A DNA stretch of 32,084 nucleotides from Mesotaenium endlicherianum (taxonomy: Eukaryota): assembly GCA_009602735.1 (NCBI GenBank), contig WELA01001083.1, positions 1-32,084 of the forward strand, read 5' to 3'. A model generated the notes under the pieces. It searched no databases and was not told where the DNA came from. It saw nothing but the letters and a program-made list of their open reading frames with translations. Made by a program: the position numbers and the translations under genes. The first letter of the stretch is position 1. Each line of letters opens with the position of its first letter. Positions 21,245 to 31,743 of this stretch are shown here, piece by piece.

Positions 21245-21963
21245 TGTAATGAATCAGTATATTAGTAGATATAATATTCATTTAAATCTAATAGTTAATT
21301 AAGTTCAGCCTGCTGAACTTTTGTTAATAGTCAGTCTGCTGGACTTTACATAATTATCAGTTTAATGACTTAGCCGGAAGCAGCAGGCTGAAGTCCATAT
21401 AAGTCAGCTTGCTGATCCATTCTTTGACAGCCAGCTGACTTCCGTACTCGGTAGCAGCAAACTGCCTTGATATGCATCTAAGTACGATATGCTAGATAAA
21501 TGGCCAAATGACCTCCCTATGATGGATGGCTATTCGGGATGATGGGAGATGGCGGTGGATTTGGTTTCCCGAGGTCCTACCAACGTGGTTAACTCCCGGG
21601 TAGGCGGTGCCATCGCACTGACCGTTGAACAGTAAACTCATTCCATGTACATATGCTAGGCATTGCTCTCGAGTTCGGCATTCGGAAACGAGGCCAACTC
21701 TCTTGTACAGCTTACTGAGAGAGATCTGAATCCAAGGCGAGAAGCCATTGATACGCACTGTCTTCTAACCTTGCTTATGTATGAGTTTACTGATTTGCAT
21801 TATTGATGCTAGTTTACTCGCATTTGACTCACGAGTATTATTCACTGCTAGTGTGTTGTCCTTTGCCGTTTAACCAGTTAACGGAAATACCATAAAGATT
21901 ACTTGCTGATATAAAGATTTTTATTAATTGTTAATTGCCTATTTGGTAAGACGATTCATTTCA
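21245..21963 (+). repeat. Outer 3' LTR (719 bp)
   Basis: TG...CA termini; follows the PPT; followed by the TSD. Confidence 0.95.
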
Positions 21964-22959
21964 CTGCAGCATCAGCCTGCTGGGACCCCGGCTCTTACAA
22001 GGGGAGGGGAAAGGAGGGAGGGGGAGGAGGGATGGTAGAAGCGGCAACGCCTGAGCCTAAAGAAAGCCTGTCTTGCTGTTTCCTCCTCCTGCCTGCGTGC
22101 TCTCGTGCTCTGTGTGGTGTGGGAGAGCATGACACAGCACGCTGCAGCGGCTCAGAGGACCATGACTGCAGGTATGATTCTTTGCTGGCCCTGCGGTGGC
22201 GGTTTATTCCTCGTCAGTGTAGCTCCGAGGCCTCTTATGGGTGTCCAAGGAGTGCCGGAAGATGCTGGCTTATTGAACCCTGAGTTGGGTTGAAACATGT
22301 AGTCGTGGCACTTGAGTATCGATTGATTGCCACGGAGCCGTCTTCTGGAACTCTTTTTTGGTTGTCTGCTGTGACAGCTTCTTTTTGCTTGTCAAGATTG
22401 CTTCATCCTGTAAGAGAGGAGAGCTTCAGCAGGATCTGAAGAGGGCTTTTTGCTAGACCCGAGGGAGACATAGGGCCTTGGAAGCATAGTGGGCAAGCAT
22501 GCACGAGGATACCTGTGTGCAACTGCAAGCATTCTTAGTATGCAAGGTGTTGGACAGTCATTTCTGTAACTTATTTCTTAATGAGGTGGTGCATATGTAT
22601 TGCAGGACCATCTCCGTTGGCTGTCTACAAGAGGTTCGATTGTGAGAAGAGACAGCAAAGGTGTGATATTTTCTTCCTACATCGAGTGTCAGTTCAGAAT
22701 TTAGGTCTTCTAAATATTTGCGTGGTCATCTTCGCACGTGTTAATAACAAAAACTATTTGTCACGAATCTTGTTTTGAAACATTTATTTCGTATATGTTT
22801 CAAAACTACAAATTCATTGAACATTTCACACCTGTGCTCACACAGATTATCACGCATGCTAGAACAGCGAGCTCAGATATCTCAACTTTTGTTCACACCA
22901 TGCATTTCGTATACTTTTGAGATATTCATGATACTAAGGGTCTTGTGAATAGATAAGTA

Positions 22960-23124
22960 AAATTGAAGGTTTGCGACATGAAATGTCGCAAACCAAAGTT
23001 TGACAAGTGTTCAAATTTGTTCAATTTCACACGTGTTGTGTCTCATCGACAAACAAAACCCTCATAAGGCTTCTCGTTGCAAAGAAGCCTCATTGCAGCA
23101 GGAAGGTAGTTGCTACACATACCC
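22960..23124 (+). repeat. Repeat module A (165 bp) with a perfect 12-bp palindrome GGTTTGCGACAT-GAA-ATGTCGCAAACC (22968-22994)
   Basis: Copies at 28433-28590 and ~28730-28865, and a diverged inverted copy at ~30445-30623. Confidence 0.85.
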
Positions 23125-23246
23125 GCATAGACATTGCATGCCGAGACTTACTCAAACAATCTTATGTCAGGCATACAAAATCGCTTGATAGAGTCCATAG
23201 ATCCGCGAACACTCAAGACGCGGACGTGTTTGCTCACTTACGAGCG

Positions 23247-24221
23247 ATGACGGAGAGAGGTGAGGGAAGCCAGGGAGGCCCGAGCGACTTACGTAGTGAT
23301 GGCGAGCAGGTCAATGGCGAGCAGATTAACGACATCGGTAGGGCGAGAGTAGCGAGCCAGCTTACTGCTGACAAAATCGCCAAATTACATGCAGAGTTCC
23401 TTAAAGAGTACGAAAGCGAGCAGGCCGAGCTCAGCAAGGCGGAAGCGGCTGAGCTCAAAGCTGCGCAGCACGCTGCTCATCTCAAAATGGCCAAGTTACA
23501 GCAGGCAGTGAGCAAACTAGCGCAAAGCAAGGTCTCGCGAGCTCACGATGGCGAGGGAACAGGGGCGGACATCCTGCAGCAGCTCAAGCGGCTCAAGAGG
23601 AAAAGTGAAGTTGCAGGTGTGGGCAAGTTGTCTGAGNGGAAAAGTGAAGTTGCAGGTGTGGGCAAGTTGTCTGAGGGCAACCGCGCCCAAATGAAGGTCA
23701 TGAACGACCTCGCGGAGCTGTGCCACAACGCTCAAGATGCGCTGGACAAGGAAGACATTGAAGCTGCCCAAAGCGCGCTCACTGAAGGTCTGTCTTTGAT
23801 AACTTTTCGGCAAAAGCAAATCATTTTCGCGGACTTGCATAGCTGGCCTGTGATTAATGAGGTTGTCAAGTCCATGCAAACTAAGGATGAGAGCGAGGAT
23901 TGGGAGAATCGGGTCCAAAAGCAAGTGGCTAAGAGTAAGAAGGACAAAGAGGAGGAGAGGGAGTTTGAGTTTAGTAGCCGTAAACCACGGGCCAGCCCGT
24001 TTGCGTATAAGGCTAACCCCCGCGCTCCTAGGATGTTTAAGAATGACTTGCGTTGCTGGCACTGCCACATGGTTGGCCACACATCTCGTTTTTGCCCTTC
24101 GGGGCCACCTAATGGCCCAGGCCCCCAACAGAGGCAGCCTTTGCTAGCACCAGCTCAGGTAGCAAACTTCCAGGGGCCTTATGGGCCACCCCAGGGGCCT
24201 TATGGCCAGCCCCAGCGTTAA
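23247..24221 (+). CDS. gag: Gag-like ORF1 of the YR retrotransposon (coiled coil, CCHC zinc knuckle, Pro/Gln tail)
   Basis: CWHCHMVGHTSRFC; first ATG at 23247 (the frame is open from 23007, inside the repeat); lies upstream of RT; contains an N-associated 38-bp duplication. Confidence 0.75.
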   Translation: MTERGEGSQGGPSDLRSDGEQVNGEQINDIGRARVASQLTADKIAKLHAEFLKEYESEQAELSKAEAAELKAAQHAAHLKMAKLQQAVSKLAQSKVSRAHDGEGTGADILQQLKRLKRKSEVAGVGKLSEXKSEVAGVGKLSEGNRAQMKVMNDLAELCHNAQDALDKEDIEAAQSALTEGLSLITFRQKQIIFADLHSWPVINEVVKSMQTKDESEDWENRVQKQVAKSKKDKEEEREFEFSSRKPRASPFAYKANPRAPRMFKNDLRCWHCHMVGHTSRFCPSGPPNGPGPQQRQPLLAPAQVANFQGPYGPPQGPYGQPQR

Positions 24222-25333
24222 TAGAATTTTTTGGTTATTTGGAGTGTGAATAGTTGGACATTGTAAACCAGGCCTTTGGCCTCCATGGGCAATTTAATTT
24301 TTTTGGTATGACTATTTTCAATTATATTTATTGGCAAAATTGTTGCTGCATTGGTTGGCCACTTAGGCCCCCTGGACATTTGGGTGCACATGCTCACATT
24401 AAGGAGCATAACATTGTTGGACGTGGGTGGGATACCAGGCCTAGGACTCCACAAATATTTATTTGTAATTATTGTTGCTATTGGTTACGTTTGATTGGTT
24501 GGTGACTCGGTTCTTGCTTGTGGTCGTTGCATACATGATGGTGATTGTTGTAAATATTTTGTGGCCGTTTTGTTGGTTGTATATTTGCCGTTACGTCAGT
24601 TTGCTTGTTGGGCAAAATAGTAGGCGGATGATGCATGTCCCTCTTATCGAGGGACGTACGCCGCACATATGGATGTGCGTAAGTGGAAGAAAGCCCCTTC
24701 AGGCCTCCTAGGCGCTGACAGATGGCGCACGAATGGAGACCACTCTCATTGAGCTTTGGTTCTCGCGGCTGTTTTTTTGGTTTGTTGGCGTGTCGCCCCT
24801 CGCGCACTGGCGCGTTGTATTTGCAAGGCTGCTATAGGCCAGAGGAGTGTCGCCAAAAGGTTTTCAAAGCACAAATTGAATGCACGCGCACTGGCGCAAG
24901 TATGCATGAAAGCTCTTGCCAGCCATATAGGCATTGGCAGTGGGAGCACGATTGGGATCACTCCTATGGAGTTTGGATCGCCGCGTATAGAGGGGCTGCA
25001 ATGCGATGTCGAAAGGGTGCACACATGTGCCACCCAAGTCGGTCGCCCGTGCATGCATAGCGTACCCCGATGCTGCAATTGCGGAGCAGGGTAATGGAGG
25101 ATGCCAATTAATCGTTGACACGTTCGAGGCATTGTGGCCAAGACCAACCGCGGGTATGCTATATCGTGTATTGGGTCATAGGTAATTTCGTGAGCGACGA
25201 GACGGATTTTGAATACAAACTCCAAGTGTACTTGGGGCGGAAGGAAGAAGCCGTGCAGTCGGACGGCACCGCATCGACGGTACCACCGAAAGCAACCGTG
25301 GTTGCAAAAAATTTGGGAGCAAATGTTGCCTGA

Positions 25334-27205
25334 TGGAAACGTTGGTGTACGTCTTCGTTAGTCCTCTCTACCATCGAGAGTGGCTACAAGTTGGTGTGGG
25401 ACACGCATACTGCACCTCGGCATCACCAGCGCAACCATAAAGGTGTGGAGAAACACATACAGTTTGCCCGTGAGTCAGTGGGGGAGCTAGTAGCCTCCGG
25501 GGCTGCCAGAGAGTGGACTCTCCCAGGTCTCCCACATCGCATATGCTCCTTGAACGTGGTCGAAAGCAAGAAGTTACGATTAATTCATGACCTGCGCCAC
25601 GTGAACAAAGCGTTGAAAAAAGTAAAATTTAAGTATGAGGGGTTGGATAAGTTAGTCGATGTTGTGCACGTAGACGACTTCGTGTTTACCATTGACCTCA
25701 AGTTTGGCTATCATCACGTCAAGATGCACGAAGATGCACATACGTTCTTGGGGTTTGAGCTAGATAAGAAGATTTACACTTTCACATGTCTCCCATTCGG
25801 ACTTGCGATTGCACCTTACGTATTCACACGAGTGGTGAAAGAGATGGTGGAAAGGTGGAGGCAGATGGGGATACGAGTCATAGCATATCTAGACAATTTT
25901 CTGGTGAGCTGTCCCAGTGAGGACGCCCACGCGCAAACAATGCGGCTGGTGTTCGGCGAACTTGCACTAGCAGGATTCGTTTCGAATATGCAGAAGGCAG
26001 TACTTACGTGTTCAAAAATCACACAGTTCTTGGGCGGTGTGATAGACACTCGTAAACTTTGGGTGCACATTGGCAAGACGCGCAAGGAAAAGCTCCTGCT
26101 AACACTCCTCCACGTTTGAGCTATGGCCCACAGGACCCGTAGCGTGCACATTAGAACGATAGCATCTTTAGCAGGCCAGCTAATTTCCATGAAGGTGGCT
26201 TTTGGGGGCACCGCGGGCATGTACACACGCCATATGTACACTGTTATCAACCAGGGGTTTACTTGGGATGACATGGTCCCCATGACGGAAGGGCTGCTCC
26301 ACGAGCTTGCGTTTTGGGAGGAGCACTTTGATAAGTTCAATGGTGCTCCCATTCGGGCCACCATGGCCCCTGATTTTGTCATGCACACCGACGCTAGCGT
26401 GACCACATGGAGCGCAGTACTGAGATCGGTGGCCTCAGGGCAGACGTGGGAATTGCTGGGCCCACTCCCTGCTGCTAGCATCGGGGGATCGTCAACATTA
26501 AGGGAGATATTTGCCGCGAAGGCAGCGTTGGATAAAGCCATCCACGTGATAGGCGGACGACAAGTGCTCTTGCGCGTCGACAGCCAAGCAATGTATTATG
26601 TTTTGAGGAAAGGCGGCTCGTCTAAGGCAGATTTAGCAGATGCTTGTGCTCAAGTATTTGGTGTTAGTCTTAGACACCAACTCAACTTGTTCGTAGAGTG
26701 GATTCCTAGGGAATTGAATGCAGTGGCAAACGAGCTCTCTAAGCGCAAAGACTTGGACAATTTTTTCCTGCGACCGGAGGCCTTTCAAAGACTAGAGGCA
26801 GAATGGGGGCCGCATTTGATCGATAGATTTGCCACAGCAAGCAACACGCGCTTGTCGAGGTTCAACTCTAGGTGGCTAGAGGTGGGCGCTGAGGCCATAA
26901 ATGCCCTCACCGAGCACTGGGCAGGTGAAAACAACTATTGTTTTCCACCACCTCTGATGGTCGCTCCAGTAGTCGACCACGTGCTGCGATGCAAGGCCAA
27001 CTGCACGCTAATGATACTCCAGTGGCAATCAGCCAGCTGGTGGCCGCGGTTGCTAGATAGCGATGCGGAGTGGATAGATTGTGTGCAGGCGAGCATTCCG
27101 CTAGGCTATAGCTCCTCGATTTTGTTGCCAGGCACAGACAAGGCTGCGTTTGGGGGCAAGGGCATCCCTCTGTGCATGGTGCTAGCCTTACGCCTGGGTG
27201 TATGA
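25334..27205 (+). pseudogene. pol: DIRS-type reverse transcriptase, RNase H and N6-adenine methyltransferase-like domain
   Basis: 25391-26119 and 26123-27205 are in frame across a TGA at 26117. KLRLIHDLR, DLKFGYHH, LPFGLAIAP, YLDN (mutated YLDD); HTDAS, SSTLRE, RVDS, WIPRELN (RH); IDRFA...RFNS...NYCFPP (MT). Confidence 0.92.
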
Positions 27206-28251
27206 GGTGTTGAGCAGAATATCGATTTTTTGAAAATCCGGCCTTACAAGCCTTGGAAGCCACGAGCGTGGACGTGTTGCTCCACACTATCGCGCCTACC
27301 AGTCTGCGTACCTACAACACTTACTGGATGCGTTTTCAACGGTGGTGCGAAATGCATAAGCTGCAGGATCTTCCGGCGTCGGTCGAGGTGATCAGGCTCT
27401 ACTGCTTGTATCTCATCCAGGAGCGTGTCACCTGGTCTACATACCATTTGTCATCGGCTGCAATCTTTTGTGTGCATCGACTAGCGGAGCTACCTAGCCC
27501 CACATTGCACGACAAAATCAGTACCCTTAGAAAAGCAACGCAAAGGTTGCTGCCCAGACCCAAGCACACCATGATGCCGGTCGCACCCTGCACCCTCACT
27601 GCGATTTTGGAAAAGCACGCAGGGCCAGGTGCCACCGCCGCATTGCTCATGAAGGTGGCCACGATGATGCTCATGTATAGTGCTTGTCTGCGATACTCAG
27701 ATCTGGCCAAAACCAGAATTCAGGATCTCGACATCACGGGTGGTCCAAACATCACTGCCATTTACTTGCACCTCCCGTCCTCCAAGACGGACCAAATTGG
27801 TGAGGGCGCATGGGGTGCCCTGCACGCAAGCAACTCCAAGTGGTGCCCGGTCAAAATGTTGTGTAGGTTAGTGGCGGAGATACCAGAGTATGCTCTCGAT
27901 GGACCTCTAATTCGGCATATACAGGCTTCTGGCAGACCTTCTCTTCAGCCCGCCTCACACGCCACTGTGAATAAATGGTGCAAGGAACTATTCGCATCGG
28001 TGGGCCTTACACAGAACATGGGTACGCACTCCTTGCGAAAGGGAGCCGCCACAGCGGCCGCCAACTTGGGCGTCCCAGATGCCGTAGCCCAAACTATGGG
28101 CAGATGGAAATCTGCTCGAGGAAAAGAGCCATACGTGCTTCACCTGCAGCAGTCACTGGCATCCGCGGCCCGAACCATAGCCATCCCTGACGATGCTAGC
28201 GATGCTCCCTATGGCCAAGAGCAAACTCTAGCAGTTTTTAGACGCAAGTAG
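27202..28251 (+). CDS. Tyrosine recombinase of the DIRS-like element (probable ATG at 27202 is cut off by TGA at 27211; open 27214-28251)
   Basis: N-terminal TSLRTY...W..F..WC; catalytic R (LRYSD), K (SKTDQ), HxxR (HSLRKG), W (GRWKS), Y (PYV). Confidence 0.92.
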
Positions 28252-28353
28252 CATTACCATGTAGTACGACCCGTAGGGGCCGCTACTTAGATAAGACCCA
28301 ACTTCTACGCTAACCACTAGCCTAGCCTAGAAGTACCTTGTATGCTATTAATA

Positions 28354-28927
28354 TTGCATACTAATACTCCTACTATTCTTTCTAATATCACCTTCTTTCT
28401 TTCATAATCAGGCAATTTGAACACAAATTGTCAAATTGAAGGTTTGCGATGTCGCAAACCAAAGTTTGACAAGTGTTCAAATTTGATCGATTTCACAAGT
28501 GTTGTGTCTCATCGACAAACGAAACCCTCATAAGGCTTCTCGTTGCAAAGAAGTCTCATTGCAGCAGGAAGGTAGTTGCTACACATACCCACCCACCCAC
28601 CCCTCTAACCCCCCAATCCACTGGGAGAGGCACGGGGCGGGCAACGAAGTTGNCATACTAAGACTCCTACTATTCTTTCTAATATCACCTTCTTTCTTTC
28701 GAAATCAGGCAATTTGAACACAAATTGTCAAACCAAAGTTTGACAAAGTGTTTAAATTTGATCGATTTCACACGTGTTGTGTCTCATCGACAAATGAAAC
28801 CCTCATAAGGCTTCTCGTTGCAAAGAAGCCTCATTGCAGCAGGAAGGTAGTTGCTACACATACCCACCCACCCACCCCTCTAACCCTCCAATCCACTGGG
28901 AGAGGCACGAGGCGGGCAACGAAGTTG
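28354..28927 (+). repeat. Two tandem ~280-300-bp units of modules B-A-C
   Basis: Units 28354-28652 and 28654-28927 (N at the junction); the second lacks the central palindrome; (ACCC)n tract in module C. Confidence 0.8.
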
Positions 28928-29058
28928 GTGCCAGCAATAGTCTTCGCCATGCACGATAGGGTGTTTGTTGTTTGTTAGTGTTACAATATGTTTTTGTCGA
29001 TTAGTAGTAACCAATTGCGGCGATTCGACGAACAATCTCAACAGAGCAAGAATGCAGC

Positions 29059-29786
29059 TGTAATGAATCAGTATATTAGTAAATATAATATTCATATAAA
29101 TATAATACTTATTTAAGTTCAGCCTACTGAACTCTAGTTGATAATCAGTCTGCTGGACTTTATATTTAATATCAGTTTAACGACTCAGCCGGAAGCAGCA
29201 GGCTGAAGTCCACTTAAGTCAGCTTGCTGACACATTCTTTGACAGCCAGCTGACTTCCGTACTCGGTAGCAGCGAACTGCCTCGATATGCATCTAAGTAT
29301 GATATGCTAGATGAATGGCCAGATGACATCCCTATGATGGATGGCTATTCGGGATGATGGGAGATGGCGGTGGATTTGGTTAACCGAGGTCCTACCAACG
29401 TGGTTAACTCCCGGGTAGGCGGTGCCATCGCACTGGCCGTTGAACAGTAAACTCATTCCATGTACATATGCTAGGCATTGCTCTCGAGTTCGGCATTCGG
29501 AAACGAGGCCAACTCTCTTGTACAGCTTACTAAGAGAAACCTGAATCCAAGGCGAGAAGCCATTGATACGCACTGTCTTCCAACCTTGCTTATGTATGAG
29601 TTTACTGATTTGCATNTTGCATAATTGATGCTAGTTTACTTGCATTTGACTTACGAGTATTATTCAGTGCTAGTGTGTTGTCCTTTGCCGTTTAACCAGT
29701 TAACGAAAAATACCATAAAGATTACTTGCTGATATAAAGATCCTTATTAATTGTTAATCGTCTATTTTGTAAGTCGATTCATTTCA
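29059..29786 (+). mobile_element. Solo LTR of the chromovirus family
   Basis: Full LTR with TG...CA termini, no adjacent PBS or PPT, 5-bp TSD GCAGC at 29054-29058 and 29787-29791. Confidence 0.95.
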
Positions 29787-29958
29787 GCAGCTGCCAATCC
29801 ATAGTGTTGGTTAGGAGTTGGAATATAGTTGTTTTGACCTCTTTGTATTGTTATCGATTAGTCAAGTACAGATAAGCGTAGCAGCATGTAGGAAAGGATT
29901 ACACAAGAACAGATGACGCGCAATTTGTTGCATACTACTACTCCTACTATTCTTCCCT

Positions 29959-30119
29959 GCATACTACTACTCCTACTATTCTTCCTAATATCACCTTCTT
30001 TCTTTCAAAATCAGGCAATTTGAACACAAATTGTCAAATTCCAAGTTTGACAATGTGTTCAAATTGCTTGATTTCGAAAGAAGGTGATTATAGAAGGAAT
30101 AGTAGGAGTAGTAATATGC
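29959..30119. repeat. ~160-bp imperfect fold-back palindrome built from module B (MITE-like), preceded by a 29-bp tandem duplication
   Basis: GCATACTACTACTCCTACTATTC...TTGTCAAA / TTTGACAA...GAATAGTAGGAGTAGTAATATGC. Confidence 0.8.
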
Positions 30120-30444
30120 TACACTGCGCGTAATGTCTTCAAGTCCAATCCTCTCTAAGTCTAGTTATCTGCTATTGATTTCTATAGCTAATTATTATTA
30201 TTGTTTGTATCGGCCTGACCATGTTACAACTCTATTCAAACTTGCCAGTATGCCAGAAAAACGCCAGTATGCTGCTATTTTTTTGTTGGACTTGGTCGCC
30301 GGATCTTCTCTGCACATTACTTTCAATTGACAGCGAAGTACCCTACAATAGAAAAACGCAATATTGCACATGGCTGCCACTGGTGGCTGTTACAAAGAAC
30401 GGAGGCTTGCGCCCCAAAAGAAACCTCTTGCAACTCCAAGTGTC

Positions 30445-30623
30445 GGGGTTAGGGTGGGTGGGTGGGTAAGTGTAGCAGCTTACGCCCTGCTGCAATTTGT
30501 GGTGCATTGCAGGAGGATGCTTTAGAGGGTTTAGGTGAGAGCGACAAAAGAACGCGTTTGAAATTGACATATTCACACTTGTCAAACTTCGATTTGCGAC
30601 ATTTCATGTCGCAAACCTTCAAA
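30445..30623 (-). repeat. Diverged inverted copy of modules A+C
   Basis: Retains TTTGCGACAT-TTC-ATGTCGCAAA, CACTTGTCAAACTT and (GGGT)n. Confidence 0.75.
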
Positions 30624-30689
30624 CTCCAGATGTTTTGCACATTGATCTCATCAATATTAGATTTTGTAGAGCAGCACAAGTCATTTTTG

Positions 30690-31322
30690 GAAACGTCTGA
30701 CTTAGACAAAGGAGAAAGATGAAGACTGTCTAAGCACTGAGATGTTTATGGAGCTGGAGCATATGTCGGGCCCCCACAGCGTGGACAGGTTAGTCCACAC
30801 CAGGAAACAGGAAAGTCTCAAGGTTCAATGCTAAACTCCCGTATCCTATGACTGGGAGTGTGGATGCTTTCACTGCTGACTGGTCAGAAGAAAACAGTTA
30901 CGCTTTCCCCCCTCCTCAGCTGATACCTAGTGTTACAGACCTTGTAAGAATCTGCTCTGCAGTTTGCACCTTAGTGATACCATCTGGGCGCATCAGCTAG
31001 CTTGGGGCTTTGTGCAGGAAGTGTCATGGCAAGGAACCAAGAACTGCAGATACTATGTCTGAGAGACGGGAAGCAGTATTCAAGAGCAGAGCCGTAAGGA
31101 CTACACAGACCTACAGTCCGACCAGTTCCAGAATTTATGTATCATGGCATGTTGAGATTCTCAGAAACAACTAGCATCAGAACAGAGCAACTGCAGTTCG
31201 AGGAAGAAACAGCCTTTTCAGCAATTCACATGCTCATTCCTGAGGCTAAGAAATGACCAGCAAAAGGCAGGAAGAATTGCCACTTTGTATAGGACTGGCA
31301 AGACTTGGTGTCCTGTAGATAC
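30690..31322 (+). pseudogene. Relic of a second DIRS-like family: methyltransferase domain and tyrosine-recombinase fragments
   Basis: Manual translation across frameshifts: EMFMELEHMSGPHSVDR, RFNAK...VDAFTADWSEENSYAFPPPQLIP...CTLVIP (MT) and AIHMLIPEAK/NDQQKAG...TWCPV (cf. AIYLHLPSSKTDQIGEG...KWCPV of the upstream YR). Confidence 0.75.
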
Positions 31323-31517
31323 CAACGTTCAACCTCTAAGCTAAGGAGAAGTATAAAATTTAACTTTAAGAGAGAACCAGGCAGCGAGAGGCAGGCCTGT
31401 CAGATCTGGTAGTCAATAACAACCTCACTCTGATCCAACTCAGCCGCGGGCTCAGCTGGGGCAGCCGCGGCTGCAGCAGGCCCTGCAGCAGACTCCTTGG
31501 AAGCCCCGCCTTCACCC

Positions 31518-31570
31518 ACAGCAGCAGCAGCACCAGCAGCAGCACCAGCAGCAGCACCAGCAGCAGCAGC
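31518..31570. repeat. (CAG)n/(CAGCAGCAGCAC)n simple repeat
   Basis: Read directly from the sequence. Confidence 0.85.
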
Positions 31571-31714
31571 TGCCCCTGCTGAGCCCGTAGGCCCGGGCGG
31601 GGGGCGAGTGACACACAGCCACTCGCGGGGCGCGCCGATGTCGTCGCCGCTGCCGCTCTTGGGAAAGTGCCACGCTCCCATCCCCGACTCCTGCTTTCTC
31701 TCTCCCCCCACGTG

Positions 31715-31743
31715 CACACACACACACACACACACACTCACAC
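31715..31743. repeat. (CA)n microsatellite
   Basis: Read directly from the sequence. Confidence 0.9.

Larger units (their letters stand above)
11791..21963 (+). mobile_element. Three-LTR composite chromovirus (copy B): LTR, truncated gag, deleted LTR, gag, pol (decayed), ORF3, LTR
   Basis: A single 5-bp TSD CTGCA (11786-11790 and 21964-21968) flanks the whole unit; two PBSs; terminal PPT. Confidence 0.93.
22960..28590 (+). mobile_element. Tyrosine-recombinase (DIRS superfamily, PAT/TOC-like) retrotransposon, decayed; exact ends uncertain
   Basis: gag (CCHC), RT/RH/MT, YR gene order; ~160-bp direct repeat at 22960-23124 and 28433-28590. Confidence 0.85.

Noticed and set aside
115..21758. Numerous short antisense or alternative-frame ORFs within gag, pol, ORF3 and the F-box gene
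   Set aside because: Shadow ORFs of real coding frames, duplicated only because the elements are duplicated
13355..21963. Nested insertion of a full element into the first gag
   Set aside because: No TSD around it and the distal half of the host element is missing; the TSD belongs to the whole 11791-21963 unit
21964..22950. Short ORFs and purine tracts downstream of the composite element
   Set aside because: No recognisable motif; treated as intergenic
23007..23246. N-terminal 80 aa of the 404-aa ORF and the similar small ORFs at 28473 and 28748
   Set aside because: They are largely translations of repeat module A with non-ATG starts
23599..23675. 38-bp tandem duplication in DIRS gag (KSEVAGVGKLSE x2)
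   Set aside because: Perfect copies separated by a single N at 23637, typical of an unmerged contig overlap; a similar small case occurs at N29616
28354..28927. CRISPR-like or tRNA-derived array
   Set aside because: Only two ~290-bp units, no unique spacers, no cloverleaf or A/B boxes recognised
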